A stretch of DNA of 64,000 nt. Source: Pyrinomonadaceae bacterium. GTDB taxonomy: Bacteria > Acidobacteriota > Blastocatellia > Pyrinomonadales > Pyrinomonadaceae. The stretch covers positions 160,001 through 224,000 of the forward strand of contig JBKBYA010000001.1 in NCBI GenBank assembly GCA_046313635.1, in the 5' to 3' direction. Below, in pieces: positions 36,893 to 46,669 of this stretch (its first letter is position 1; each line of letters opens with the position of its first letter). Made by a program: the position numbers and the translations under genes. The notes under the pieces are model-generated. The model ran no database searches, was not told the DNA's origin, and saw only the letters and a program-made list of their open reading frames with translations.

Positions 36893-38554
36893 ATGAAGAT
36901 CTTTAGAGTCGCTTTTGTAGTCCTGCTCTCTTTCTCCGCCGCGCTTGCGCAGCGCGATCTTGGCGTGCGGCCGACCGAGACCGGCGGGCCGCTCAAATTT
37001 GAGCAGGCCGTTTACGACGTGCAGTCGTACGACATCACGCTCGACGTCGATCCAAAGAGCAGATCGATCAGCGGCACTACCGTGATGACCGCAAGGGCGA
37101 CCATTCCGACCGACGTCATTCTGCTCGACCTCGACACGCCTTTCACGGTGAGCGGCGTCACCGACGGCGCTGGCAACAAGCTCAGGTACACGCGCACCGC
37201 GACGCAGATACGCATCTGGTTTCCTTTTTCAAAGCAGGTCGGCGACGAGATCAAGACCGCGATCACATACTCGGGCACGCCGCGCGAGGCTCCGCGTCCG
37301 CCCTGGATCGGCGGTTTTATGTGGAAAAAGACGCCCGGCGGCGCCGACTGGGTCTCGGTCGCACTGCAGAATGACGGCGCGGATCTGATGTTTCCCGTCA
37401 AAGATCATCCGTCCGACAAGCCCGCGATGGCGGCAATGCACATCACGGTTCCCGATCCGCTGATGGCGGTCGGGCCGGGCAGATTCGAAGGCTCGAAAAA
37501 GAACGCCGGCGGTACGACGACCTGGAACTGGCGGATGACCAACCCGATCGCAAACTACTCGATCGTCTTTAACGCCGCGCCGTACAAGCTCGTCGAGGGC
37601 AAGTACAGGTCGACGATCACGCGCGAGATGCTGCCGATCTACTTTTACGTTCTGCCCGAGCACGCCGACAAGGCGCCGCGGCTGATCGAGGAGCAGAAAA
37701 AGTATCTCGCCTTTTTCGAGAAGTATCTCGGCCCGTATCCCTTCCGCTCGCAAAAGGTCGGCATCGTCGAGACGCCGCATCTCGGGATGGAGCACTCAAC
37801 GGCGATCGCCTACGGCAACGAGTTCAAATTCAACGAGGACGGAACGGACTGGCTGCTGCTGCACGAATTCGGTCACGAGTACTGGGCCAATCTCGTCACG
37901 GCCTCTGACTGGAAGGACTTTTGGATCCACGAGGGATTTCAGTCCTACATGGACACGCTCTACACCGAGCACCTCCACGGCCGCGAAGCGTATCTCAAGG
38001 CGATGGCCGCAAGGGCAAAGAACTTCAGAAACAAGCAGCCGGTCGCTCCGCGAGAGGCCAAGATCGCGTATCAGGTCTATATGGCCGAGCCCGACTACGT
38101 CCGCTCGGACGGCGACATCTACGGCAAGGGAGCCTACATCCTGCACACGCTCCGCTACCTGATCGGCGACGACGCCTTCTTCCGCGCGCTGCGGCGAATG
38201 GCGTACCCGACCAAGGCGATGGAACGCCTCACCGACGGCCGCCAGACGCGGCTCGTGACGACCGACGACTTTCTCACCATCGCCGAGCAGGAATCGAAGA
38301 TGGACCTCGACTGGTTCTTTGAGCTTTACCTGCGTCAGCCGAAGCTGCCCAGACTTGTCACCGACATTGAAGCCGGCACAATGAAGCTCCGCTGGGAAAC
38401 GCCGAACGACCTGCCCTTCCCGATGCCCGTCGATGTCGTCATCGGCGGCAAAACTCGGCGCGTCGAGATGAAGGACGGAAAAGCGACGATCAGCTTCACC
38501 GGCGGTTCGACGCCCGCCGTCGATCCAAACGGCTGGGTGCTCAAAGCTCAGTAG
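36893..38554 (+). CDS. M1 family metallo-aminopeptidase (secreted)
   Basis: GMEH, HEFGHEYW...WIHEGF, IYGKG. Confidence 0.92.
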   Translation: MKIFRVAFVVLLSFSAALAQRDLGVRPTETGGPLKFEQAVYDVQSYDITLDVDPKSRSISGTTVMTARATIPTDVILLDLDTPFTVSGVTDGAGNKLRYTRTATQIRIWFPFSKQVGDEIKTAITYSGTPREAPRPPWIGGFMWKKTPGGADWVSVALQNDGADLMFPVKDHPSDKPAMAAMHITVPDPLMAVGPGRFEGSKKNAGGTTTWNWRMTNPIANYSIVFNAAPYKLVEGKYRSTITREMLPIYFYVLPEHADKAPRLIEEQKKYLAFFEKYLGPYPFRSQKVGIVETPHLGMEHSTAIAYGNEFKFNEDGTDWLLLHEFGHEYWANLVTASDWKDFWIHEGFQSYMDTLYTEHLHGREAYLKAMAARAKNFRNKQPVAPREAKIAYQVYMAEPDYVRSDGDIYGKGAYILHTLRYLIGDDAFFRALRRMAYPTKAMERLTDGRQTRLVTTDDFLTIAEQESKMDLDWFFELYLRQPKLPRLVTDIEAGTMKLRWETPNDLPFPMPVDVVIGGKTRRVEMKDGKATISFTGGSTPAVDPNGWVLKAQ

Positions 38555-38591
38555 GCTTTATAAATCGAGAGAGAGCGAGGGCCGAGATGAC

Positions 38592-39677
38592 TCACTCGGC
38601 CCTCGTTTCTTTTTCATTCGCGAGGATCTTTGCCTTTCTCTCGACGCCCCAGCGGTAGCCGCTGAGGCGGCCGTCGGAGCCGATGACGCGATGGCAGGGC
38701 GTTACCAACGCGACGGGATTTGTCGCGCAGGCGCGGGCGACGGCGCGGACGGCTTTTGGGTTTCCGATCGCGGCGGCGATCTCGGCGTAAGAGCGCGTTT
38801 CGCCGTACGGGATCTTTCTCAGCTCTGCCCAGACCCGCAGCTGAAAAGCGGTCGCGCGCAGATCGAGCGGCAGCGTGAGAATGGTCTTTTCGCCGCTGAG
38901 GCTGCGGACGATCGCGTCGACGGCGGGCCTGAGCCGCGCGTCGTCGCTATGCAGTTCCGCGGCGAAGAATTCCGTTCGCAATTCGTCGAGCAGCTCTTCC
39001 GCGTCGTCGCCGAAGCTGACCGCGCAGATCCCGCGCTCGGTCGTGGCGATCAAGAGCTGTCCGAGCGGCGCGGGCGCGTCGGCGATGGTGTAAGCGATCT
39101 TCAACCCGAGGCCGCCTTTTTTGTAAACGGCGGGCGTCATTCCGAGACGCTCGGCGGCCTTCTCGTAAAGCGAGCGGCTCGACCCGAACCCGCTCTCGTA
39201 GAGCGCCGCCGTCACGTCGCCGCCGTCACGAACGTTCTCTTTGAATCTGTCGATCCTCATCATGTCCATCACCTCTTTCGGCCCCGCTCCGAGCGCCGTC
39301 TTGAATGTCCGCTGCAGATGCCCCGAACTCACGCCAAGCCGGCCGCAGAGATCGGCGACCGTTTCGACCTCGTCACGCTCGTTCGCAAGCAGCCGCATCG
39401 CGCGTGCGAGAAGCTCCGACCGCGGCGAGACGAATCCCGCCGACTCGGGCCGGCAGCGCAGGCACGCTCTAAAGCCCGCGGCCCGCGCGTCGCCGCTGGT
39501 CAAAAAGAACTCGACATTCTCACGGCGCGGCGTGCGAGACGAGCACGACGGGCGGCAAAAGATACCGGTCGTCCGCACCGCGAAATAGAAGACGCCGTCG
39601 AGTGCCGCGTTCTTTCTCTCGACGGCGCGCCAGCGCCAGTCGATCGTCGCTGCATCTTGTCGCTGTCGTGTCATCAC
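38592..39677 (-). CDS. ada: Bifunctional regulator / O6-methylguanine-DNA methyltransferase Ada
   Basis: TTGIFCRPSC, GFRACLRC, AraC HTH, PCHRV. Confidence 0.93.
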   Translation of the reverse strand: MMTRQRQDAATIDWRWRAVERKNAALDGVFYFAVRTTGIFCRPSCSSRTPRRENVEFFLTSGDARAAGFRACLRCRPESAGFVSPRSELLARAMRLLANERDEVETVADLCGRLGVSSGHLQRTFKTALGAGPKEVMDMMRIDRFKENVRDGGDVTAALYESGFGSSRSLYEKAAERLGMTPAVYKKGGLGLKIAYTIADAPAPLGQLLIATTERGICAVSFGDDAEELLDELRTEFFAAELHSDDARLRPAVDAIVRSLSGEKTILTLPLDLRATAFQLRVWAELRKIPYGETRSYAEIAAAIGNPKAVRAVARACATNPVALVTPCHRVIGSDGRLSGYRWGVERKAKILANEKETRAE

Positions 39678-39864
39678 AAATGAGAGTCTACCGGGAATGA
39701 GATCGGCTCCTCTATCCGAAAAGCGATGCGCAATTCTCTGCCTTTGAGCGGCAAAAATGGAGGGCGTCTGTCGAGGCCGCTTCGTTGCCCGTGCGAGTGC
39801 CTTTTGTTATCTTAAAACGTTACTCACGTTATCAAAATTCGTTATAAAAAAGGGTATTTATTCA

Positions 39865-42162
39865 ATGGCAACCGCACAGAAAAAGGTAGATCAACGGTCG
39901 GGTAAAAAGGCAGCGAGGGACGGAGGCAACGGTCGTCCGATCGTGGCCAAAAAAGAGAATGTCGGCGACGGCTATGTCGAAGAGCAGCGCGCGCCCAAGT
40001 CTGCCAAGTCAACGGCTGCCGAAAAGCCTTCAAAGGCGACCAAGGCCGCTGCGGCCGCGATAGACAAGTACGAGGGGCTCGACAAGCAGACCCTCATCGG
40101 CCTCTACCGCACGATGTATCTCTCGCGGCGGGTGGACGACAAGGAGATCCAGCTCAAGGGACAGAACAAGATCTTTTTCCAGATCTCGGGTGCGGGCCAC
40201 GAGGCGCTGACGGCCGCCGCCGCCCTGGCGATGCGGCCGGGCTATGACTGGTTCTTTCCGTACTATCGCGACCGCGCGCTGATGCTCGGTCTGGGAATGA
40301 CCGCGCAGGAGATGCTCTATTCGGCGGTCGGCGCCGAGGTCGACCCAAATTCGCACGGCCGGCAGATGCCTTCGCACTGGGGCAGCGTGAAGCTGAATGT
40401 GCCATCGCAGTCCTCGTGCACCGGCTCGCAGGCGCTGCACTCGGTCGGGGCCGCGGAGGCGAGCTATCGCGCTTCGCTGGTCAAGGAACTTCAGGACAAG
40501 GTCGTCGGGTTCAAGGGCGACGAGGTCGTCTATATGTCGGTCGGTGACGGCACGACAAGCGAGGGCGAATGGTGGGAGGCGCTCAACACGGCCTGCAATC
40601 TCAAGCTGCCGGTGATCTTCGTCGTCGAAGACAACGGCTACGCCATCAGCGTGCCCGTCGAGGTCAACACCGCGGGCGGCGACATCTCAAAACTCGTTGC
40701 CGGATTCCCGAATCTTTTTATCCAGAAGTGCGACGGCACCGACCCGATCGAGTCTTACGCGACCTTCAAACGCGCGGTCGAGTACTGCCGCGAGCGACGA
40801 GGTCCGGCCTTTGTGCACGGCAAGGTCATTCGCCCGTACTCGCACTCGCTCTCTGACGACGAAAAGCTCTATCGCCCCGACGAGGAGCGCGAGGCCGACG
40901 CCGCGATCGACCCGATCAAGACGTTTGCCGAGTTCCTGATGACCGAGGGCATCGCGACGAGCGAGGATCTCGAGGCGCTGCGCAAAGAGGTCGACGCCGA
41001 GGTCAACGAGGCCGCCGATATCGCCGTCGCGACGCCGCAGCCCGAAGGTCCGACCGCGCTTCGCAACGTTTACTCGCCGGATGTCGATCCGACAGATCGG
41101 TCGCTGTTTGATACCGAAGACGGCGCCGAGCTTCACGGCAATCCGGGCACGATGGTCGATCTGATCAACCGCTGCCTGCACGAGGAGATGGAGCGCGACG
41201 AGCGGATCGTCATCTTTGGCGAGGACGTTGCCGACGCTTCGCGCGAGGAATATCTCGAACGCGTCAAGGGCAAGGGCGGCGTGTTTAAGGTGACGGCGAA
41301 TTTGCAGCGCAAATTCGGCGGAGCTCGCGTCTTTAACTCGCCGCTCGCCGAGGCCAACATCGTCGGCCGCGCGGTCGGAATGGCGATCCGCGGGCTCAAA
41401 CCGGTCGTCGAGATACAATTCTTTGACTACATCTTCCCGGCGATGATGCAGATCCGCAACGAGGTCGCCGTGACGCGGTGGCGTTCGGACGGCGACACCA
41501 AATGCCCGATGGTGATCCGCGTGCCGGTCGGCGGTTATCTCAAGGGCGGCGCGGTCTATCACTCGCAGTCGGGCACGACGCTGTTTGCGCACACGCCCGG
41601 ACTTCGCATCGTTTACCCGTCGACGGCGCTCGACGCCAACGGCCTGCTCCGCACGTCGATACGCTGCGACGACCCCGTGCTCTTCCTCGAGCACAAGCAC
41701 CTTTACCGGCAGATCTATAACAAGTCGGCTTATCCGGGCAAAGACTTTTTGATCCCGTTTGGCAAGGCCAAGACCGTGCGCGAAGGTTCTGACGTCACGA
41801 TCGTCACCTTCGGCGCCCTGGTCGAGCGCTCGAATCAGGCCGCAAAGCGTCTCGAGCAGCAGGGCATCTCGGTTGAGATCATCGACCTCCGCACGCTCGT
41901 GCCGTACGACTGGGAAGCCGTCGCCGAATCGGTCAAGAAAACTTCCCGCGTCATCGTCGCTCACGAAGACCCGCTCTCCTACGGCTACGGAGCCGAGATC
42001 GCCGCACGCATTTCGGACGAGCTCTTCGAGTACCTCGACGCCCCGGTCCGCCGCGTCGGCGCCACCGATACATTCGTCGGCTACGCCCCGCAGCTCGAGG
42101 ACTTTATCCTGCCGCAGTCGGAGGACGTCGAGAAAGCGGTGCAGGTGTTGATGAAGTACTAA
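39865..42162 (+). CDS. 2-oxoacid (probably branched-chain) dehydrogenase E1, fused alpha/beta
   Basis: SGAGHE, GRQMPSH, GDG...EDNGYAIS (TPP motif), [16 protein letters not shown]. Confidence 0.92.
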   Translation: MATAQKKVDQRSGKKAARDGGNGRPIVAKKENVGDGYVEEQRAPKSAKSTAAEKPSKATKAAAAAIDKYEGLDKQTLIGLYRTMYLSRRVDDKEIQLKGQNKIFFQISGAGHEALTAAAALAMRPGYDWFFPYYRDRALMLGLGMTAQEMLYSAVGAEVDPNSHGRQMPSHWGSVKLNVPSQSSCTGSQALHSVGAAEASYRASLVKELQDKVVGFKGDEVVYMSVGDGTTSEGEWWEALNTACNLKLPVIFVVEDNGYAISVPVEVNTAGGDISKLVAGFPNLFIQKCDGTDPIESYATFKRAVEYCRERRGPAFVHGKVIRPYSHSLSDDEKLYRPDEEREADAAIDPIKTFAEFLMTEGIATSEDLEALRKEVDAEVNEAADIAVATPQPEGPTALRNVYSPDVDPTDRSLFDTEDGAELHGNPGTMVDLINRCLHEEMERDERIVIFGEDVADASREEYLERVKGKGGVFKVTANLQRKFGGARVFNSPLAEANIVGRAVGMAIRGLKPVVEIQFFDYIFPAMMQIRNEVAVTRWRSDGDTKCPMVIRVPVGGYLKGGAVYHSQSGTTLFAHTPGLRIVYPSTALDANGLLRTSIRCDDPVLFLEHKHLYRQIYNKSAYPGKDFLIPFGKAKTVREGSDVTIVTFGALVERSNQAAKRLEQQGISVEIIDLRTLVPYDWEAVAESVKKTSRVIVAHEDPLSYGYGAEIAARISDELFEYLDAPVRRVGATDTFVGYAPQLEDFILPQSEDVEKAVQVLMKY

Positions 42163-42165
42163 GGT

Positions 42166-42426
42166 ATGCCTTATGTCTCGATGTTTTTCGGGATCGTGAT
42201 CCGTATGTTTTACAAGGAACACAATCCTCCGCACTTCCATGCCGAGTACCAAGGTCAGGAAGCTTCGTTTGATTTCGATGGTAATATTGTCGACGGCAAG
42301 ATGAAGTCGCGCACCGCTCAGCGGCTCATCCGGGAGTGGACGATGTTGCACCGTGAAGAGCTGATGCGAAACTGGGAACGCGCCGCCGCGAAAGAGCCGA
42401 TCGAGAAGATCGACCCATTAGAGTAG
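42166..42426 (+). CDS. DUF4160 protein (toxin-antitoxin-like pair)
   Basis: MPYVSMFFGIVIRMF..EHNPPHFHAEY...EW..LH.EEL..NW. Confidence 0.88.
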   Translation: MPYVSMFFGIVIRMFYKEHNPPHFHAEYQGQEASFDFDGNIVDGKMKSRTAQRLIREWTMLHREELMRNWERAAAKEPIEKIDPLE

Positions 42427-42428
42427 TT

Positions 42429-42692
42429 ATGGAGAAGGGGTATAGGAATGGTTATCTCCCGCGCGTGATCGACGCCGATTACCTCGGCGACTACAAGGTC
42501 AAGGTCACTTTCAGTAACGGCGAAGAGCGGATCGCGGACTTCAAGAACTGGGTCGGCGGAGGAGTTTTTGAGCCGCTGAAGGACGAAACATATTTCAAGA
42601 AATTCTACGTGGACGGCTGGACCATCTCATGGCCGAACGGTGTCGACATCGCTCCCGAAACACTCTATGCCGAAGGCGTGCCGGTCAACTGA
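42429..42692 (+). CDS. DUF2442 protein (partner of DUF4160)
   Basis: DYKVKVTFSNG, GVFEPLKD..YF, TISWPNGVDIAPETLY. Confidence 0.88.
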   Translation: MEKGYRNGYLPRVIDADYLGDYKVKVTFSNGEERIADFKNWVGGGVFEPLKDETYFKKFYVDGWTISWPNGVDIAPETLYAEGVPVN

Positions 42693-42715
42693 CGCCGCTC
42701 ACCGACCAACCTACA

Positions 42716-42801
42716 TCGGCTACGCCCCGCAGCTCGAGGATTTCATCCTGCCGCAATCGGAGGATGTAGAGAAAGCGGTGCAGGAGTTGATGAACTACTG
42801 A
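42716..42801 (+). repeat. Second copy of the last 86 bp of the E1 gene (direct repeat of 42077-42162)
   Basis: 78/86 identical by manual alignment; encodes [27 protein letters not shown]. Confidence 0.92.
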
Positions 42802-42826
42802 GACCGATCACGAGTTACGAAGAGCC

Positions 42827-42858
42827 AAAAGCCATGAGAGTGTCTCATGGCTTTTTTG
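42827..42858 (+). terminator. Intrinsic terminator
   Basis: AAAAGCCATGAGA-gtg-TCTCATGGCTTTTTT. Confidence 0.85.
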
Positions 42859-42934
42859 CTGCAGCTAACAGTTGAACCAAACCTCACGCGGTAGTAAAAC
42901 TACGGTGCCCTAAACATTCTTCTGGAGGTGACCA

Positions 42935-43402
42935 ATGATGGATCGGATCTTTTTAGTGCTGCTTACGATCGTCGCGGCAGTCTCGCTCTCGTCGGGTCAG
43001 ACAAAAGCAAGCAAGACGTCGTCGACCGGTCTTCGCAGCGCCATCGAAGCCGCCAACCAAAGGTTCGTCGAAGCGCTTGGCAAAGGCGACGCGGCGAAAA
43101 TTGCCGATATGTATGCCGAGGGAGCGCGTGTGCTGCCGCCCAATGGTCCCATGGTCCAGGGCCGACAGCGGATACAAGAATTTTGGCAAGGCTTCATTAA
43201 TACCGGTGCCAAGCTCGCACTGCGTACGTCCGATGTCGAGGCGCAGGGGAATGTGCTGTACGAGGTAGGTACCTACGAGCTGATCTCTCCCGACAATAAA
43301 CGCGATACGGGCAAATACGTCGTCGTGTGGAAGCGGCAAAAAGGCGGCTGGAAACTCGCCATCGACACCTGGAACAGCGACATGCCGGCGTCAGGCAACT
43401 GA
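42935..43402 (+). CDS. Secreted NTF2/SnoaL-like (DUF4440) protein
   Basis: AIEAANQRF, LPPNGP, YEVGTY, GKYVVVWKR..GGWK. Confidence 0.85.
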   Translation: MMDRIFLVLLTIVAAVSLSSGQTKASKTSSTGLRSAIEAANQRFVEALGKGDAAKIADMYAEGARVLPPNGPMVQGRQRIQEFWQGFINTGAKLALRTSDVEAQGNVLYEVGTYELISPDNKRDTGKYVVVWKRQKGGWKLAIDTWNSDMPASGN

Positions 43403-43474
43403 CGCCTGACTAATGTTTGGCGACGAAGAGCACGGAGACATGCCGTGCTCTTTTACTCTCTGTGAGCTCGGTGG

Positions 43475-44275
43475 TCAAATGCTGCTGACTTTATAAACGC
43501 CCGTCGCCAAACGCTCCGCAAAGCCCTCATCTACCAACTGGTGATTCGCACGACCTGACTCCCATCGATAGAAGCCGAACGTGCGCGACATATCGCCGAC
43601 GAGCGTCATCCCGCACATCTCGAGATAACATCTCGCCAACTCGCGGACGGCCGTTTCGCGGTCGATCTTTTTCGCGAGCTCTTTTGGAAATCGCGCTTCG
43701 GCGAGCGTCCAGACGTAGGTGAATTTTGGGACGTAGAGCGCCTCCTGCGGGACTACCTTCATCCGTCTCTGCAGCTCGTCGATCGCGCGTGTGAGCTCGG
43801 ATTTTTCTTTTATGCCGGTCTCGGAACGCAGGTCGCTCGTCGCCATCTCCCATTCCTTGCGGAGCACCTTCAAAACTTTCTGCGCGTTGTCGGACAGCAC
43901 TTCCTTTTCCAGTTTTTTCGGCACGCCCCAGATCGCGTTGAAGTACGGGATCATCCGCGGCGCGATGAACATCGAATTTCCCTTCACGAGCTTTGCGTAG
44001 TAAACGCGGCCGCGAGCGACGACCTCGTCTTTCAAGACCCACGCCGCGCTCGCCTCGGGATCTTTCTGCACGTTGCGCGGCATGTGCGCATCGCGGCGAC
44101 CGCAGACGGCGATGTAAACGGACGGGAGATTCTTGCGCGCGTCCGTGAGGCCGAGACAGAAGCCGAGCTCCTCGACCATTCGCTCGACATCAGCAGCCGT
44201 CTCGAGACGCAGCGAATCTTCGCGGCGCCACAGGCGGTCGCGGTAGACTTCGATCGCTTCGGGAATGGTCTTCAC
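43475..44275 (-). CDS. AlkZ/YcaQ-related winged-helix protein
   Basis: FCLGL...LPSVYIAVCG, VYYAKL, MATSDLR, AIDELQR; family assignment from recalled similarity only. Confidence 0.55.
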   Translation of the reverse strand: MKTIPEAIEVYRDRLWRREDSLRLETAADVERMVEELGFCLGLTDARKNLPSVYIAVCGRRDAHMPRNVQKDPEASAAWVLKDEVVARGRVYYAKLVKGNSMFIAPRMIPYFNAIWGVPKKLEKEVLSDNAQKVLKVLRKEWEMATSDLRSETGIKEKSELTRAIDELQRRMKVVPQEALYVPKFTYVWTLAEARFPKELAKKIDRETAVRELARCYLEMCGMTLVGDMSRTFGFYRWESGRANHQLVDEGFAERLATGVYKVSSI

Positions 44276-44283
44276 TAGATCGT

Positions 44284-44411
44284 GCCGCGGATCTCGCCGA
44301 TCTCGCGCGGATAAGAGATGATAAATGAAAGAATGGGCGACCGCATTTAGCGACCGCCCATCTTTAGTTTCGATTCGGTTTTTATCTGCCCATATCCGCG
44401 CGATCCGCGGG
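44284..44411. repeat. Inverted repeat element, CGCGGAT/ATCCGCG family, enclosing a hairpin
   Basis: gccgcggatctcgccgatctcgcgcggata ... tatccgcgcgatccgcgg. Confidence 0.7.
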
Positions 44412-44424
44412 AAAAGCTTCGCGC

Positions 44425-46005
44425 TTAGCGATTCGGAGCGTCGTTCCTGATCGGCGACGACGCTTGGATCGTAAAGACCGAGCCCTTCAAGAGCTGCAGG
44501 TCGTCGCGGCCCTGCACGATCACCGAACCGGCGCCGACGCTGCCGCCGATGACCGCTCCGACCACGGCTCCCGTGCCGCCGCCCGCGATCGCGCCGATGA
44601 CGGCTCCGAGGCCCGCGCCGATGCCGCCGCGTTTGGCGGTCTCCTTGGTCTGGCTGCCGCTCTTGGCGGTGCCTTCGGTATCGACCTTGACGTCCTTGCC
44701 GTTCTGGTCCTTGACCGCCTGCAGGAAGCCGGCGAAGTCGTACCGCTGACCGTCGCGCAGCGTGATGCTCTCAAAGTTGAACGTCACATTAGACCGGCCC
44801 GAGACGCGGCCCGACCGGCCGACGCCTGTGATGTAGCCCTCGATCACCGCACCGCGAAAGTCGATCGGCGTCTGGACCGTCAGCTTAAAGCGGTCGTTAT
44901 TCTGCGATGCCTTTGTATCGATCGTGCTCTCGAGCATGCCCGTCAGGACCGTGCCGTTGGGGACGATGAATTCGCCCGTTCGTCCGCTGGTCACCGTCGG
45001 CGGATCGCCGTATCTGCCGCGATCGTTCTGGTCGCTGCTCGACCATCCGCCGCTCGTGTCGGCCGTCGTACTGCCGCCGGCGTTGATGCCGAGCCGCGCG
45101 ACCCCGTCGGTCTTGGTGTACACGCTCTCGGCAAAAATGGTCTGCCGCAGGTAGTCGGTCGTAATGCGGCGCGTCACCTTGAGCGTCTGGCCGCCGTCCT
45201 GCGAGACGAATGTCACGGTGTAATCCGTCTCGCCGCCGAGGCTCGAGACCGACAGTTCGCTGCCGCGCAAGGTTGCTCGCAACAGTATCGTGCGGCCATT
45301 TGCCTGCTCGGTCTTTTGCCGGCCGTCGGCGATGAATGTCACCGGCTGTGCGATCGACGAAGCAAGCGTCACCTGATCGCCGCGAATGTCGATCGCGATC
45401 TGCTCGGGCGCGGCGAGCTTTTGCTCGAGGTCTTGCCGCTGTCCGGCCGTGACGCCCGACTCTGAAAGGATCTGGTCGGTACTCTCGCTGCGCGAAGGGT
45501 CGAGGCGGTACGTGCCGGTCAAGCCGCCGCGGCCCGGTACCGAGGCCATCGCGTTCGACACACGTACGCCCCAGTCGGGCGTGACGCCGTAGCCGCCTGC
45601 AAGCTGTGAAATAAGATCTTTGATCCGCGTCCAGCTGCCCGTGATGCTCGCATTCTGCGGGTTGCCGCGCAGGAATGCGTCGACGTCCTTTGCCGCGGCG
45701 ACGATATCGTTGACGTCGCTGCGATTCTCACGCCGGCGATCGAAATTTTCCTGAAAGGCCGACATCTTGTCCTGCAGATTCCCGATCGACATCCGTGCGT
45801 CGTCGGCGACGCGGCGGTCGGCCGAGCTGCTTTCGAGCTGGTAATCGAGCTTGTACTGAAAGTCGTCGAGCTGCGAATTGATGCTGCGCACGAGGTCGCG
45901 CACCTGGCGCTCGCTGCGCGTCGTCTGCGCCGACGCCGCGCCGGCAAGCGAGGCAAACATCATCGCCGCAGTAAAGACCGCAAAGAAACTTCTAAACCTA
46001 TTCAT
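44425..46005 (-). CDS. Secreted protein with C-terminal glycine zipper
   Basis: Signal peptide; GGIGAGLGAVIGAIAGGGTGAVVGAVIGG. Confidence 0.75.
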   Translation of the reverse strand: MNRFRSFFAVFTAAMMFASLAGAASAQTTRSERQVRDLVRSINSQLDDFQYKLDYQLESSSADRRVADDARMSIGNLQDKMSAFQENFDRRRENRSDVNDIVAAAKDVDAFLRGNPQNASITGSWTRIKDLISQLAGGYGVTPDWGVRVSNAMASVPGRGGLTGTYRLDPSRSESTDQILSESGVTAGQRQDLEQKLAAPEQIAIDIRGDQVTLASSIAQPVTFIADGRQKTEQANGRTILLRATLRGSELSVSSLGGETDYTVTFVSQDGGQTLKVTRRITTDYLRQTIFAESVYTKTDGVARLGINAGGSTTADTSGGWSSSDQNDRGRYGDPPTVTSGRTGEFIVPNGTVLTGMLESTIDTKASQNNDRFKLTVQTPIDFRGAVIEGYITGVGRSGRVSGRSNVTFNFESITLRDGQRYDFAGFLQAVKDQNGKDVKVDTEGTAKSGSQTKETAKRGGIGAGLGAVIGAIAGGGTGAVVGAVIGGSVGAGSVIVQGRDDLQLLKGSVFTIQASSPIRNDAPNR

Positions 46006-46200
46006 GGCCATCTCCTCTAGAGTGTCGCGGATAGATGCAGGGAAAGTGGCGCCGCACACTTTGGACGCCGCACTACCTAAGAAGCATATTCTAACTGATT
46101 GGTTGGCAGCGTCGGCCGCGGCGGCAGCGGCCGTCTTTTTCGCTGTGCTAGACTCAGGGAGATCTCTGTCAAAGCTACGACCTCAAGGAATTTTAGATCT

Positions 46201-46623
46201 ATGTCAGCCAGCACTTACAACGCCTCGGTCCGCTGGGCCGGGGACGAATTCTTTATCGGCACGAGCCCGAGCGGGCACTCTTTTGCGATCGATACCAAGG
46301 GCGACCGCCATTCGGCGCCGACGCCGATGGAATTGCTCCTCGTCGCCGTCGCCGCGTGCACCGCCGTCGACGTCATTTCGATAATGCAGAAAAAGCGTCA
46401 GGACGTCGTCGAATACATTGTCGAGATCTCGGGCGAACGGGCCGCCGAGCACCCGCGAAAGTTCACAAAGTTTCAGGTCCGCCACGTCGTCCGCGGCCGC
46501 GGCATTTCAGAGAAGGCCCTCGCCGACGCGATCGAACTCTCCGACACAAAGTACTGCTCCGTCGCCGCGACCGTCCGGCCGACCGCCGAGATCGAGACGA
46601 GCTACGAGATCGTCGAGATCTGA
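46201..46623 (+). CDS. OsmC/YhfA family protein
   Basis: PTPMELLL.AVAACTA.DV, KYCSV. Confidence 0.9.
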   Translation: MSASTYNASVRWAGDEFFIGTSPSGHSFAIDTKGDRHSAPTPMELLLVAVAACTAVDVISIMQKKRQDVVEYIVEISGERAAEHPRKFTKFQVRHVVRGRGISEKALADAIELSDTKYCSVAATVRPTAEIETSYEIVEI

Positions 46624-46669
46624 CGCCAGCCGCCGAGATCCCAATCCGCCAACGAGCAAAGATACAAAA

